64,000 nt of DNA from Myxococcota bacterium (lineage in GTDB: Bacteria; Myxococcota_A; Polyangia; Polyangiales; Sandaracinaceae). The notes under the pieces were generated by a model. That model did not search any database. It had not been told where the DNA came from and was given only the letters and a program-made list of their open reading frames with translations. The DNA is taken from the NCBI GenBank assembly GCA_036149055.1, contig JAYZQJ010000089.1, positions 1-64,000 of the forward strand. The letters are read 5' to 3'. Numbering within the stretch: position 1 is the first letter of the stretch; the number at the start of each line of letters is the position of its first letter. Shown piece by piece: positions 54,543-64,000 of this stretch. The position numbers and the translations under genes are program-made.

Positions 54543-57229
54543 CGCTCGCTCGGCGCGATCCGGATCCGCGCGATCTGGGCGACGCTCCCCGCGCGGCCGT
54601 CCTGGCGGTAGGCGAGGATGGTGTTCGGGTTGCGCTCGGCCCGCTCGCTGATCTGCACCATGAAGGTCATCTCGAGCTCGACCGGGGCCTGGATGTCCGG
54701 GGGCACGACCATCGGCATCGGGTCGCGCAGGATCTCGCCCTCCTGCCAGCGCGTGGTCCGGTAGCGGCCGTGCAGCGGGTAGTGCCAGGCGTGGAAGTGC
54801 GGCGGCACGCGATAGCCGGCGGGGCCGTCGAAGGTGACGCGGATGAACAGGTCGTCCTCGATCGCGTCGTCGACCTCGTAGTAGCAGGTCAGGTCGATGA
54901 CCTCGCGCGGCCGGTAGGTCTCGCTCGGCAGGTCGCAGCCGAGCACCGTGAACATGCCGGGGTAGACGAGGTTCATCGGGTGGGTGAGCGAGCTCGGCGG
55001 CGCGCTGAGCCGGTTCTGCTCCACGAACGCGTCGGTGCGGTTCTCGCCGCGGGCGACCTGCGCGACCCACGCCTGCAGCAGGCCGAGCATCTCCTCGGCC
55101 TCGTCGCGGTCGTCGTCGCTGAGGTCGCGCTCCTCGGCCGGGTCGGCGGCGAGGTCGAAGAGCTGGATGCGCCCCTCCTGCACCCACCACAGGAGCTTGC
55201 GGTCGCCGCGGTAGAGCGCCTTCTGATCGAAGGGGTAGAGCCCGTCCGGCATCAGCTCGCTGAAGAGCAGGCGGTCGTCGTGCCGCCCCCCGTCGATGAG
55301 CGGCAGGAGGCTGCGGGCCGGCATCGGCTGCGGCACCGGGATGGAGACGAGGTTGAGGATGGTCGGCGTCAGATCGAAGAGCCCGGCCCGCGCCTGCACC
55401 CGGCGCGGCTCGACCCCCGGGATCTTCATCATCAGCATCGCCCGGACCTGCTCCTCGTACAGGTCGGAGGCGTGCCCCCGCCGGCCGTGCTCGTAGAACG
55501 CCTCGCCGTGATCGGAGGCGAGGATGACGACGGTGTCGTCCATCAGCGACAGCTCCTCCGCCCGGTCGAGGAGGCGCTGCACCAGCGCGTCGGCGAGGCG
55601 GATCTCGGTGTCGTAGTGATCGCGGAGCGTGTCGCCGTAGCGCGAGGGCGCGGGCGGCCGGAGGTAGGGCTCGTGCACGTTGAACACGTGCACCCAGTGG
55701 AAGAAGGGCGCCTCGCCGGCCGCCAGCGCGGGGAGCCGCTCGAGCGCGTTCTCGATCACGTCCTCGCGGCGCGGCGTGTAGACCGGCAGCTCCTGCACCT
55801 GGTCGTAGCCCTGGAAGAAGCCGGCCACCCGGTGGAAGTAGTCGGTGCCCATGTCGACCGCGGTCACGTAGCCCCGGTCCTTCAGCATCTCGGGGAGCAT
55901 CCGGTTCTCCTCGAGCAGCGAGGGCCAGAGGTACTCCGGGCCGTAGGCGACCTGGGACGGGTAGCGCCCGGTCATCATCGCGGGGATCGAGCGGAGCGAG
56001 CGCGACGACTGCGCGACGACGTTCTCGAAGACCACCGCCTCCTCGGCGAACCGGTCGAGGTTCGGCGAGGTGTCGCGCGCGTACCCCATGTGCGAGAGGT
56101 GCGTCGGGTTGAGCGCGTCGACGGTGATGAGCAGGATGTTCGGTCGCGCCGGCAGCCCGCGGGGGCGCTCGCCGTAGTGGCCGTCGCCGAGATCGGCGAG
56201 GTCCGGGGAGCCGTCCCCCGCGAAGCAGTCGGCGTCGACGCCGTCGCCCTCGCGGTCGTAGGCGCCGGGGTGCACGCGCGCGTCGAAGTCGTCGCAGTCG
56301 CGGCCGCCGAACGCCCAGGCGTGCCCGTCGCCGTCCATGTCGGTGAGGCCGCCGTAGCGGCGGACCAGCGGGGTGCCGGCCACGCTCCCGTGCTCCACGA
56401 AGGCGCGCACCCGGTTGCTGTCGCCGTAGGTGAGCCCGCTCGTGACCCACGCCGCGAGGGTCGCGCCGCCCGCGAGGGCCGCGGCGATCCAGGCGCGTCG
56501 GGCCGGGCGGCCGCGGAGGGCCCGGCGGGCGATGAGCGCGGCGGCCACGAAGACCGCGAGCGCGGTCGGGCCCCAGGCCAGCGCGCCGGCGCCGTAGGCG
56601 GTGATGATGGCCGGGTTGCGCACGAGCACGAAGCGCGCGATCGCCGCGCCCGCGACGAGCCCCACGACGAGCAGCGCGCCGAGCGATCCGAGCGGGCCGA
56701 GCCAGCGGGTCACGCGGCGCAGCCCGGCGAACGCGACGAGCGAGACCACGAGGGCCGCGGCCGCGCCGCCCACCGCCGCCCCACCGGCCGCCCAGGCGGC
56801 GTTGTCGAGGTGGTGCACGCGGGTGGCGATCAGCCCGTGCGCCTCGCGGCCCACCAGGAGCAGCGCGAGGGCGGCGAGGACGATCGAGAGCGCGCCCCCG
56901 AAGAGGCGCGGGTCGTTGCGGAAGAGATCGCGCGGCCGGCGGATCCGGGTGCGGAGCGGGGCGAGCAGCGGCGCGGTGCGGACCAGCGCGAAGAGCGCGG
57001 TGGAGGCGGCCGCGAAGACGAAGCCGAGCGGGGTGACGAGCGCGACCAGGTGCAGCGACCCGAGCAGCTGCTCTCCGAGCGAGAGCGCGTCGGCGCCCTC
57101 GGACGCGGCCGCCCAGAACGAGTCGAGGATCCCCAGCGCGAGCGCCGCGCCGAGCCCGGCGAGGATCTGCTCGGCCGGCAGCGGGGGCGGAGGCGCGGGC
57201 GCGTCCGTCCGGTCGGCCGGGGAGTCCAT
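54539..57229 (-). CDS. Membrane-bound alkaline phosphatase/sulfatase-superfamily protein with MopE-like metal-binding repeat and C-terminal Ig-like domain
   Basis: ~7 TMs, DCDDFDARVHPGA...DGVDADC, PNILLITVDAL, SLRSIPAMMTGRYP, HEPY, SDHGE, H..LY. Confidence 0.88.
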   Translation of the reverse strand: MDSPADRTDAPAPPPPLPAEQILAGLGAALALGILDSFWAAASEGADALSLGEQLLGSLHLVALVTPLGFVFAAASTALFALVRTAPLLAPLRTRIRRPRDLFRNDPRLFGGALSIVLAALALLLVGREAHGLIATRVHHLDNAAWAAGGAAVGGAAAALVVSLVAFAGLRRVTRWLGPLGSLGALLVVGLVAGAAIARFVLVRNPAIITAYGAGALAWGPTALAVFVAAALIARRALRGRPARRAWIAAALAGGATLAAWVTSGLTYGDSNRVRAFVEHGSVAGTPLVRRYGGLTDMDGDGHAWAFGGRDCDDFDARVHPGAYDREGDGVDADCFAGDGSPDLADLGDGHYGERPRGLPARPNILLITVDALNPTHLSHMGYARDTSPNLDRFAEEAVVFENVVAQSSRSLRSIPAMMTGRYPSQVAYGPEYLWPSLLEENRMLPEMLKDRGYVTAVDMGTDYFHRVAGFFQGYDQVQELPVYTPRREDVIENALERLPALAAGEAPFFHWVHVFNVHEPYLRPPAPSRYGDTLRDHYDTEIRLADALVQRLLDRAEELSLMDDTVVILASDHGEAFYEHGRRGHASDLYEEQVRAMLMMKIPGVEPRRVQARAGLFDLTPTILNLVSIPVPQPMPARSLLPLIDGGRHDDRLLFSELMPDGLYPFDQKALYRGDRKLLWWVQEGRIQLFDLAADPAEERDLSDDDRDEAEEMLGLLQAWVAQVARGENRTDAFVEQNRLSAPPSSLTHPMNLVYPGMFTVLGCDLPSETYRPREVIDLTCYYEVDDAIEDDLFIRVTFDGPAGYRVPPHFHAWHYPLHGRYRTTRWQEGEILRDPMPMVVPPDIQAPVELEMTFMVQISERAERNPNTILAYRQDGRAGSVAQIARIRIAPSER

Positions 57230-57307
57230 CAGCGCTGGGATAGCGCCATCGAAGGAGCCTGTCAGGTTCGAAGCAGACGGGCGGTCGCCGTGCTATGAGG
57301 CGGCGCG

Positions 57308-58054
57308 GTGCGACCCCACGAGCACGAGCGCATGTTCCGCGCGGAGACGAAGCATTTCTGGTTCGTCGGGACCCGCGGCGTGATCCTCACCCTCCTCGAG
57401 GGCGCCCTCGGCGGCCGGCTCCGGGGCGCGCGCCTGCTCGATCTCGGCTGCGGCACCGGCTACACGCTCAGCCGCCTGCCCGACGGGGTCGAGGCGGTCG
57501 GGCTGGACTACTCGCCCACCGCGCTCCGCCTCGCCAAGCGGCGGGCCCCCGGGGTGCGCTACGTGCGCGGGAGCGCCTACGCGCTGCCCTTCGAGGCGGA
57601 GAGCTTCGACGCGGCGCTCGCCCTCGACATCCTCGAGCACCTCGACGACGACCTCCTCGCGGCCCGGGAGATCGCGCGGGTGCTCCGGCCCGGCGGCGCG
57701 GCGGTCGTCGCGGTCCCCGCCCACCGCTGGCTCTGGTCCCAGCACGACGAGGCGCTCGATCACAAGCGGCGCTACAAGCTCGCGGAGCTCGAGCTGGTCC
57801 TCGAGCAGGCGGGGCTGCGGGTGGAGCGCTCGAGCTACTACAACACGCTGCTCTTCCCGCTGGTGGTGGCCAAGCGCGTGATCAGCAAGACGTTCGTGCC
57901 CGAGGTCGACGAGCCGGAGAGCGATCTCTCGGTGCCGCCCGCGCCGATCAACCGCTCGCTGGCCGCGATCCTGTCGTTCGAGCGGCACCTCGTGCCCCGG
58001 GTGAAGCTCCCGATCGGCGTCAGCTGCTTCGCCGTCGTGCGGAAGCCCGCGTAG
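57308..58054 (+). CDS. Class I SAM-dependent methyltransferase
   Basis: ETKHFWF, LLDLGCGTG, LPF, LDILEHL, VPAHRWLWSQHD...HKRRY. Confidence 0.92.
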   Translation: MRPHEHERMFRAETKHFWFVGTRGVILTLLEGALGGRLRGARLLDLGCGTGYTLSRLPDGVEAVGLDYSPTALRLAKRRAPGVRYVRGSAYALPFEAESFDAALALDILEHLDDDLLAAREIARVLRPGGAAVVAVPAHRWLWSQHDEALDHKRRYKLAELELVLEQAGLRVERSSYYNTLLFPLVVAKRVISKTFVPEVDEPESDLSVPPAPINRSLAAILSFERHLVPRVKLPIGVSCFAVVRKPA

Positions 58055-58060
58055 CGGCGG

Positions 58061-59296
58061 TCACTCCCAGTCGATCTCGGCGAGCGCCGCGCCGGTGCGG
58101 TGCCACGAGGTCACGTTGACCCGGACGCGCTCGACGTCGTCGATGCCGAGCGCGTGCTCGACGAACTGGGGCCGCGGCTGGAACTCGCCGAAGGTCGCCT
58201 CGATGGTCCGGGCCAGCTCGCCGTTGGCGTAGACCTCCACCGTGTACTCCTGCACGGCGCGGTCGTTGTAGTGGCGGTTGTGGCCGTTGAGCAGCTTGAG
58301 GGTCTCGATGCGCTCCGGCGGCGAGAGGCTCACCTCCACCCAGCCCGGGCTGCGGTCGGGCAGCAGCCACTCGGACGCGTGGTCGTCGTCGATGACGTTG
58401 CGCGGCGGGAAGTCCGGGCCGAAGCGCGCCGAGGCGGTGGCCTCGTACCCGGTCGGCGTGCGCAGCGCGAAGTAGAGCCCGACCGCCACTAGCGCGGCCA
58501 CCAGCGCCGCGAAGCCGATGCGCGAGGCCTGGGTGAGCGTGATCTCGCGCGGGGTCATCGCCCCCGGGGAGAGCGCGGCGTCGACGTGGCGGCGCGCGGT
58601 GACCAGCTTCTGGAACAGCTCGCCATGGCTCGCCTCGAGCTCGGCGTCGAGCGCGGGCAGCGAGGTCGCGGTCAGCGCCTGGTGCGCCTCGCGCACGTCG
58701 GCCAGGCGGCCGGAGGAGAGGCCACGGACCTGGAGCACCGAAGCCCAGGACGGGCGGGCCTCCGCTGCCGCATCCGCTGCCGCTGCCGCACCCGCTGCCG
58801 AGTCCGCTGCCGCTGCCGCTGCCGAGTCCGCTGCCGCTGCCGAGTCCGCTGCCGAATCCGAATCCGAGTCCGAATCCGAGTCCGAATCCGAGTCCGAGTC
58901 CGAGTCCGAGTCCGAATCCGAGTCCGAGTCCGAGTCCGAATCCGAGTCCGAGTCCGAGTCCGAATCCGAGTCCGAGTCCGAGTCCTTGGCCGCGTCCCTG
59001 GCCTCGACCGCCGCTGGGGCGGGCGGGGGCTCGGGCTGGCTCAGGCCGGCGGCGACGGCGAGCTCGGGGACGGCGTCGAGGGTCTCCTCGAAGGCCTGGG
59101 CGGCGAGGCGGAGGCCCTCGGCGGTGTGGCCGTTGGACCAGAGGGCGTCGGCCGCCTCGGCGCGCTGGCGGGCGATGCCGAGGCGTCGCGCGAGCGCGCT
59201 GCGCGCGTCTTCGGTGACCTTCTTGGACGTCGCCTTCGCGTCGGAGAGGAGGAAGTACTCCTTGATCGCGTTCGAAGGGGTGCCGGTCGTGCTCAC
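58061..59296 (-). CDS. Single-pass protein: helical N-domain interrupted by repeats + TM + discoidin/F5/8-type-C-like domain (copy 2)
   Basis: Paralog of 32012..33304 ([41 protein letters not shown]). GTGA overlap with the upstream YfhO-like gene. Confidence 0.82.
   Translation of the reverse strand: MSTTGTPSNAIKEYFLLSDAKATSKKVTEDARSALARRLGIARQRAEAADALWSNGHTAEGLRLAAQAFEETLDAVPELAVAAGLSQPEPPPAPAAVEARDAAKDSDSDSDSDSDSDSDSDSDSDSDSDSDSDSDSDSDSDSDSDSDSAADSAAAADSAAAAAADSAAGAAAAADAAAEARPSWASVLQVRGLSSGRLADVREAHQALTATSLPALDAELEASHGELFQKLVTARRHVDAALSPGAMTPREITLTQASRIGFAALVAALVAVGLYFALRTPTGYEATASARFGPDFPPRNVIDDDHASEWLLPDRSPGWVEVSLSPPERIETLKLLNGHNRHYNDRAVQEYTVEVYANGELARTIEATFGEFQPRPQFVEHALGIDDVERVRVNVTSWHRTGAALAEIDWE
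58762..58985 (-). repeat. (CCGART)22 microsatellite encoding (DS)22 plus DSAAA units
   Basis: 58852-58983 is 22 hexamers ccgagt/ccgaat; flanked by ccgctg units. Confidence 0.97.
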
Positions 59297-61056
59297 GCGT
59301 GTCCTCCGCCGGGCCGTGGGCCTCGGATCGCCCGAGGGTTACTCGCCGGAGGGGGGCGCTTCAAGCGCCGCGCGCGCGCCAGGGCCACCGCGAGGGCCGC
59401 GCCGAGCGCCGTCAGGAGCCACGCCCAGCCGAGGTCGGGCGGCTCGTGGCGGCCGCGGACCCGGTGGCGGCCGGCCGGGAGCGCGATCGAGAGGCGGCCG
59501 GCGGAGTCGGCGCGGGCCTCCCCGGGCGCGATCGTCCAGCTCGGGTCGTGGCGCTGGTTCACCACCACCACGCCCGGGGCGGCGAGCTCGACGTCGAGGG
59601 TGAAGGCGCGCGCGGTGCGCTCGAAGCCATGGACCCGCAGCTCGGGCCCGCCGTCGGCGCGCGCCTGCGGTCGATCGCCGCGCCAGAGGCGGTGCACCTC
59701 GGGCCACGGCACCGGGTCGTAGCAGCGCGCCGTGCCCACGTGCATGCGGGGGTAGCTCTTCATGCGCTCCAGGTAGGCCTCGCCGTCGTCGACGAGGTGG
59801 AAGCGCCTGGCCGGCGCGCCGAGGATCGGGGCCCCGCGCCAGCGCTGGGCGAGGTGAGCGTGCTGGTCGGCGAGGTCGAGCGCGACGCCGACCGGCGCGG
59901 CCCAGGCGAGGAGCGCGATCAGCGCGCGGAGGCGTCGGTCCGGGGCGGCGCGGAGCAGGGCCGCGCGCGACGCGTGCAGCGCCAGCCCCGCCAGGAGCGC
60001 GAGGTGGAAGGTGAGCAGCACGCTGAAGCGGCTCGGGATGCGCAGCTGCTCGAAGACCGGCAGCCCGTGGAGCAGCGGCCACGGCCAGCCGTCGCCCCGG
60101 GCGCCGAGCGCGAGCGCGCCGAAGAGGAGCGCCCCGATCACCAGGTGCCGCCGGCCGCGCCGGAGCGCGAGCGCCGCCCCGAGCCCCGCGAGGAGGAGCA
60201 CCCCGACGCCGACGTAGGCGCCGTACTCCATCCACTCCCAGGGATGCGGATCGAAGTGCGCCGGGTGCGGGTGGCGGGCGACGAGCGCGTGGATCAGCTC
60301 GGGCAGCTCGAGCGCGTCCAGGAGCGGCGTCTGGCGGGGCGCGTCGGTCAGGGCGCGGGCGATCGGCGCCCACCGGGCGGCGCCGAGGAGGGCGGTCAGC
60401 CCGAGCGTGATCGCGCCGGCCCGGAGCGTGGGCCACCCCGGGCGACGGAGCGCGTCGAGCCCGAGCAGCAGGAGCGCGAAGGGGAACGGAGCGGTGCCGC
60501 CCTCGAAGAGCATCAGCGCCAGCGCGCCGGCGGAGAGCGCGCACCACCGCGGGTCGCCCTGGCCGCGCCGGAAGCCGTACAGCGCCCAGGGCGCGAGGTG
60601 GAACGAGAGGAAGGTCGCGTGGCCGAGCACCCCGCGCCACGCGAAGAAGCCCCCGAACGCCCAGGCCGCGGCCGCGAGCGCGGAGGCGGCGGCGCCGAGG
60701 CCGTAGAGCCGGCGAGCCACGGCGTAGGTCCCCGCGAAGCCGGCCGCGTAGTGGGCGAGCACGAAGAGCTTGGAGCCGACCACGGTCCCGAAGGGCAGCC
60801 CGGTCAGCCACCAGGTGGGCGACCAGATCTGGGCCTGCGGCTGCGCCCACGCCGTCACCCCGCCGCAGTGATGCGGATCCCAGGTCGGCAGCTCGCCGAA
60901 GCGGAGCAGCGCGATGCGCGCCGCCTCCCACTGATGATGGAACCAGGGCCAGTCGCCCGGGCCGGCGGCGTCGAGCCGGAGCAGCGCCGGCAGGTAGGCG
61001 AGGGCCGCGAGCCCGAGCCCCGCGAGCCAGACCCAGCGCCGCTCCCCCCGCGTCAT
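59293..61056 (-). CDS. YfhO-like GT-C membrane protein (copy 2)
   Basis: GDWPW...WDPHHCGG...QPQAQIWSP, EGGT.PFP, LRIPSRF, VVVNQRHDPSW, LPAGRHRV. Confidence 0.82.
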   Translation of the reverse strand: MTRGERRWVWLAGLGLAALAYLPALLRLDAAGPGDWPWFHHQWEAARIALLRFGELPTWDPHHCGGVTAWAQPQAQIWSPTWWLTGLPFGTVVGSKLFVLAHYAAGFAGTYAVARRLYGLGAAASALAAAAWAFGGFFAWRGVLGHATFLSFHLAPWALYGFRRGQGDPRWCALSAGALALMLFEGGTAPFPFALLLLGLDALRRPGWPTLRAGAITLGLTALLGAARWAPIARALTDAPRQTPLLDALELPELIHALVARHPHPAHFDPHPWEWMEYGAYVGVGVLLLAGLGAALALRRGRRHLVIGALLFGALALGARGDGWPWPLLHGLPVFEQLRIPSRFSVLLTFHLALLAGLALHASRAALLRAAPDRRLRALIALLAWAAPVGVALDLADQHAHLAQRWRGAPILGAPARRFHLVDDGEAYLERMKSYPRMHVGTARCYDPVPWPEVHRLWRGDRPQARADGGPELRVHGFERTARAFTLDVELAAPGVVVVNQRHDPSWTIAPGEARADSAGRLSIALPAGRHRVRGRHEPPDLGWAWLLTALGAALAVALARARRLKRPPPASNPRAIRGPRPGGGHA

Positions 61057-61066
61057 CGGCCCGCGG

Positions 61067-63178
61067 TCACCGGTGGAAGTAGAGGTCGCGGTCGAAGTTG
61101 AAGTAGGTCTCGATCGAGCGCTCGTAGTGGATCACGAAGTCGGCGCTGATCCACAGCGTCAGCGCCAGGCCGACCGCCGTCCAGAGCCTCGCCCACTTCA
61201 CCAGGAACCGGTTGTGCCTCCACACCTGCGCCAGCGCGTAGGGCGAGAGCGACACGAGCAGGTAGAGCGTGATGTCGCGCCGGAGCCCCGGCCACGCCTC
61301 GGGCTGCTTCGCCCACTCGACGTCGACGGTGAAGTTCATCGAGTACATGACGAACAGGATCGCGAAGAGCCCGCCGCCGAAGAAGGTCGGCTTGCGCAGC
61401 AGACCCTCCAGGAAGTCGCCCGCCCCGAGGCAGAGGAACGGGTAGACCGGGATCATGTACCAGCCGAAGGTGTGGTTGCCGCTCCCGAGCCCGATGGCCA
61501 CGAGGTAGGCGATCATCGGCACGGTGTAGACCGCCGCGTTCCGGAAGCCGCGCGACCAGACGCTCGCGCCGTAGGCGACCCAGAGGAAGAGCGACCAGCC
61601 GCGGCCCACGAGGTCGTGGTTGATGAGGATCGCGTCGAAGAAGCGCGGGAAGAGGTTCCAGTGGGTCGGCCGGCCGCCCTGCTTCGCGGTGGTCATCACG
61701 AAGACGTCCCAGTCGACGATCAGCGCGAAGACGAGCAGGAGCGAGGAGACCGCGAGGCCGATCACCGCCGAGAGCACCGCGCGCCGCGTCTCGCCTCGCT
61801 CGGCCGCCACCAGCATCACGAGCGCCGGCACCCAGACGGCGGCGGGGATCTTCGCGCAGGTGGAGAGGCCGGCGCAGATCGAGGCGAAGACGAGATCACG
61901 CGTCTTGCGATGGTCGCGCCAGCGCAGGAAGAACAGCATCATCGCCAGCACGAGCACGACGAGGAGGTCCTCCTCCTTCACCACCCGGGTCTGGAGCGCG
62001 ATGATCGGCAGGGTCGCGTAGAGCAGCGCCCCGAGCCAGGGCCCGGGGCCGGGGCCGAAGAGGCGCCGCCCGACGGCCACCATGAGGAAGATGGCGATCA
62101 CCGCGAGCCCCATCGGCACGAGCCGGGTGTGCTTCAGCTTCGCGTCGAGCCAGTGCTCCGCCCCGCCGAGGTGAGCGGCCGCGCCGACGACGACGTGGAA
62201 GAGCGGCGGCTGCTCGAAGTACGGCGTGATGACGGGCCGGCGCTCGCCGAAGTAGCGCGCCTCCTCCACCGTCACCGCGCCGCCGTACGCCGCCGGCCAG
62301 ATGGTCCAGCCGCGGGTGGTGCCGTCCTCGAGGAGCGACCAGCCGTTCCAGGTCGCGAACAGCTCGTCGGCGTTGTCGCGGAACTCCGGGATGACGTCGT
62401 AGTCCCAGGCCCGGTAGGCGGTGCCGAGGAGCGCGATCGCGATCGTCGCGAGCGTGCCCCAGCGTCGCCAGCGGACCCTCGGGCGCGCCGCGATCATCGC
62501 GAAGAAGAAGCCCAGGCCCCAGAAGAGCGCGCCCAGCCCCGCGGCCCACCAGAGCGCGACCCGGGACGCCGGCCAGGTGCCGCTCGAGGGGGTCAGGAGA
62601 TCGTGCGGGACCGGCCGCCCGGGGCCGGGGCGGGTGTCCCACCCGAGGTGCAGGTAGGCGCTCCGCGGATCCGGGCGCCCGCGCTGCGGGTAGGGGAGCG
62701 CGCGTCCGCTCCAGTCGACCCGGAGGTCGTAGGTCCCCGGCGGGAGCGGCGCGTCGCCGAGCGGCTCGCCGTCGACCCGGATCGTCGCGTCCCGGCGCGC
62801 GTCGATCGAGAGGTAGCGGGGTGGGCCCTCGGGGATCTCGAGGCGCGCGTAGAGCTCCGCGTCGATCTCCGGGAGATCCTCCGGGCGCTCCAGCCGGTCG
62901 AACGGCCAGCCCTGCACGTAGCGCGCGATCGGCCGGTGCACGTTCGGGAAGCTCGTCCGGTGCTCGACCGTGCGGTCGACCAGCACCCGCTCGCCCTCGG
63001 GCGTCGTCCAGTACCAGCGCGCGGCCCAGCCGTGCGCGAAGTAGGGGTCGGCGAGCGCGGCGAGCCCCAGCCAGGCGAGCGCCGCGACCACGCCGAGCCC
63101 GATCGCCCAGCGTCGGCGATCGCGGTCGGATTTCGCGGGGTTGCCTTCGGGCATCGGCGGGGGCCGAGCTTGGGTCAT
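61067..63178 (-). CDS. PMT-like GT-C glycosyltransferase with N-terminal PA14-like domain (copy 2)
   Basis: Start ATG 63178. RTVEHR, NADELFATWNG, YFEQPPL, LKHTRLVP, KEE, GRPTHWNLFPRFF, NFDRD.YF.R shared with copy 1. Confidence 0.82.
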   Translation of the reverse strand: MTQARPPPMPEGNPAKSDRDRRRWAIGLGVVAALAWLGLAALADPYFAHGWAARWYWTTPEGERVLVDRTVEHRTSFPNVHRPIARYVQGWPFDRLERPEDLPEIDAELYARLEIPEGPPRYLSIDARRDATIRVDGEPLGDAPLPPGTYDLRVDWSGRALPYPQRGRPDPRSAYLHLGWDTRPGPGRPVPHDLLTPSSGTWPASRVALWWAAGLGALFWGLGFFFAMIAARPRVRWRRWGTLATIAIALLGTAYRAWDYDVIPEFRDNADELFATWNGWSLLEDGTTRGWTIWPAAYGGAVTVEEARYFGERRPVITPYFEQPPLFHVVVGAAAHLGGAEHWLDAKLKHTRLVPMGLAVIAIFLMVAVGRRLFGPGPGPWLGALLYATLPIIALQTRVVKEEDLLVVLVLAMMLFFLRWRDHRKTRDLVFASICAGLSTCAKIPAAVWVPALVMLVAAERGETRRAVLSAVIGLAVSSLLLVFALIVDWDVFVMTTAKQGGRPTHWNLFPRFFDAILINHDLVGRGWSLFLWVAYGASVWSRGFRNAAVYTVPMIAYLVAIGLGSGNHTFGWYMIPVYPFLCLGAGDFLEGLLRKPTFFGGGLFAILFVMYSMNFTVDVEWAKQPEAWPGLRRDITLYLLVSLSPYALAQVWRHNRFLVKWARLWTAVGLALTLWISADFVIHYERSIETYFNFDRDLYFHR

Positions 63179-63978
63179 GGGGGAGGGGCGAGCAAGGACT
63201 CGTAGACGAAGGCGCTGAACGCCTCCGCGGTCCCCGGCGTCATCACGTGCCCCGCCCCGTGCCCGTACCACCGCACCGGGTGTCCGGCGTCGGTGAAGCG
63301 ATCGACCAGCCGCTCGGCCATCGGGTAGGGGAGGAACGGATCGCCCCGCCCGTGGGAGACGAAGACCGGCATGTCCCGGTGACGCGCCATGCGCGGCGTC
63401 CAGTCCTGCTCGGAGAGCAGCGTGCCGCTGAGCACCCCGAGCGCGGCGTACGGCCGCTCGGCGCGCAGGGCCAGGTCGCAGGCGAGCATCGCCCCCTGGC
63501 TGAAGCCGGCGATCACCGTCCGCTCCGGCGGCGCGCCCAGCTCCCGCTCCACCGCCCGCAGGAGCGCCGACGTCCGGGCCCGCGCCGCGGCCATGCCCGG
63601 CGGGCGGTGCCGGGTGAGCGCGTCGAGGGCGCCGTCGCGCAGCCTCCGCCGCAGCGGCCGGTCGATGAGCCACCACGCGCGCCGCGGGCCCTCCGGGATC
63701 GTCACCCCGAGCGGCCCCTCCGGGAAGACGAAGCGGGTCCCCGCCGGCACGTCCAGCCCGTCGCGCAGCGGCAGCTGGTCCTCCGCGAGCGACGCGAAGC
63801 CGTGCAGGTAGACGAGCACCGGGCCGGACCCGCCGCCGCGCCCGTCGGTGCCGCCCGCCACGATCGCGCGCGCGTCGCCCGCCTCGAGCCAGCGCGAATC
63901 GAAGCGCGCCTTCGGCTGGTGCCCCTCGAAGCAGCCGACGGCGAGGAGCGCGATCAGCGGCAGGGCGGGGCGGCGCAT
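63175..63978 (-). CDS. Phospholipase/carboxylesterase-family alpha/beta hydrolase lipoprotein
   Basis: Lipobox LLAVGC, YLHG, GFSQG nucleophile, HGRGD, GH. ATGA coupling to the GT-C gene. Confidence 0.9.
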   Translation of the reverse strand: MRRPALPLIALLAVGCFEGHQPKARFDSRWLEAGDARAIVAGGTDGRGGGSGPVLVYLHGFASLAEDQLPLRDGLDVPAGTRFVFPEGPLGVTIPEGPRRAWWLIDRPLRRRLRDGALDALTRHRPPGMAAARARTSALLRAVERELGAPPERTVIAGFSQGAMLACDLALRAERPYAALGVLSGTLLSEQDWTPRMARHRDMPVFVSHGRGDPFLPYPMAERLVDRFTDAGHPVRWYGHGAGHVMTPGTAEAFSAFVYESLLAPPP

Positions 63979-64000
63979 GGCGTCGGTTACCCATCCTGGA

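Noticed and set aside
48722..57298. 2858-aa plus-strand ORF
   Set aside because: Shadow frame of high-GC3 genes: Arg/Gly/Ala-rich, no motifs, overlaps three well-supported CDS.
54539..63978. Secondary-metabolite or RiPP cluster interpretation
   Set aside because: No PKS/NRPS, precursor peptide or RiPP maturase seen; the content fits envelope glycan modification.

Overview
Very GC-rich chromosomal DNA. Gene content and style (Ser/Thr kinases, PEGA/TPR proteins, Asp-Gly/Pro-linker lipoproteins, a LonD/BsgA-like Lon) suggest a myxobacterium, probably Polyangiales/Sandaracinaceae-like; this is inference. I call 42 CDS. I see no rRNA, tRNA, CRISPR array, transposase or integrase. Left part (1-21 kb): a kinase/PEGA/lipoprotein cluster, a C-type lectin lipoprotein, a TetR-ABC operon with two permease-peptidase fusions, a lipoprotein with atypical-kinase motifs coupled to an Omp85-like barrel, two-component genes and gpsA. 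From 21 to 64 kb there is a large envelope-glycosylation region: seven predicted GT-C/YfhO-type membrane proteins, one GT2, a flippase-like protein, two methyltransferases and a sulfatase-fold protein. It is interrupted by two RNA methyltransferases plus lon, and by a ~15 kb signalling block (poly-HAMP kinase, CheR, CheB, output-less Cache-HAMP sensor, SAM-kinase-cyclase-STAND protein). Best candidates for undescribed systems: (1) a twice-present three-gene module [PA14-like/PMT-like GT-C + YfhO-like + helical domain/microsatellite/TM/discoidin-like protein]; (2) the exported atypical kinase + Omp85 pair; (3) an ABC system with an active and a pseudo gluzincin; (4) an output-less Cache-HAMP sensor with a small partner. 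Many genes look leaderless. All family assignments are by visual motif recognition, not database search.
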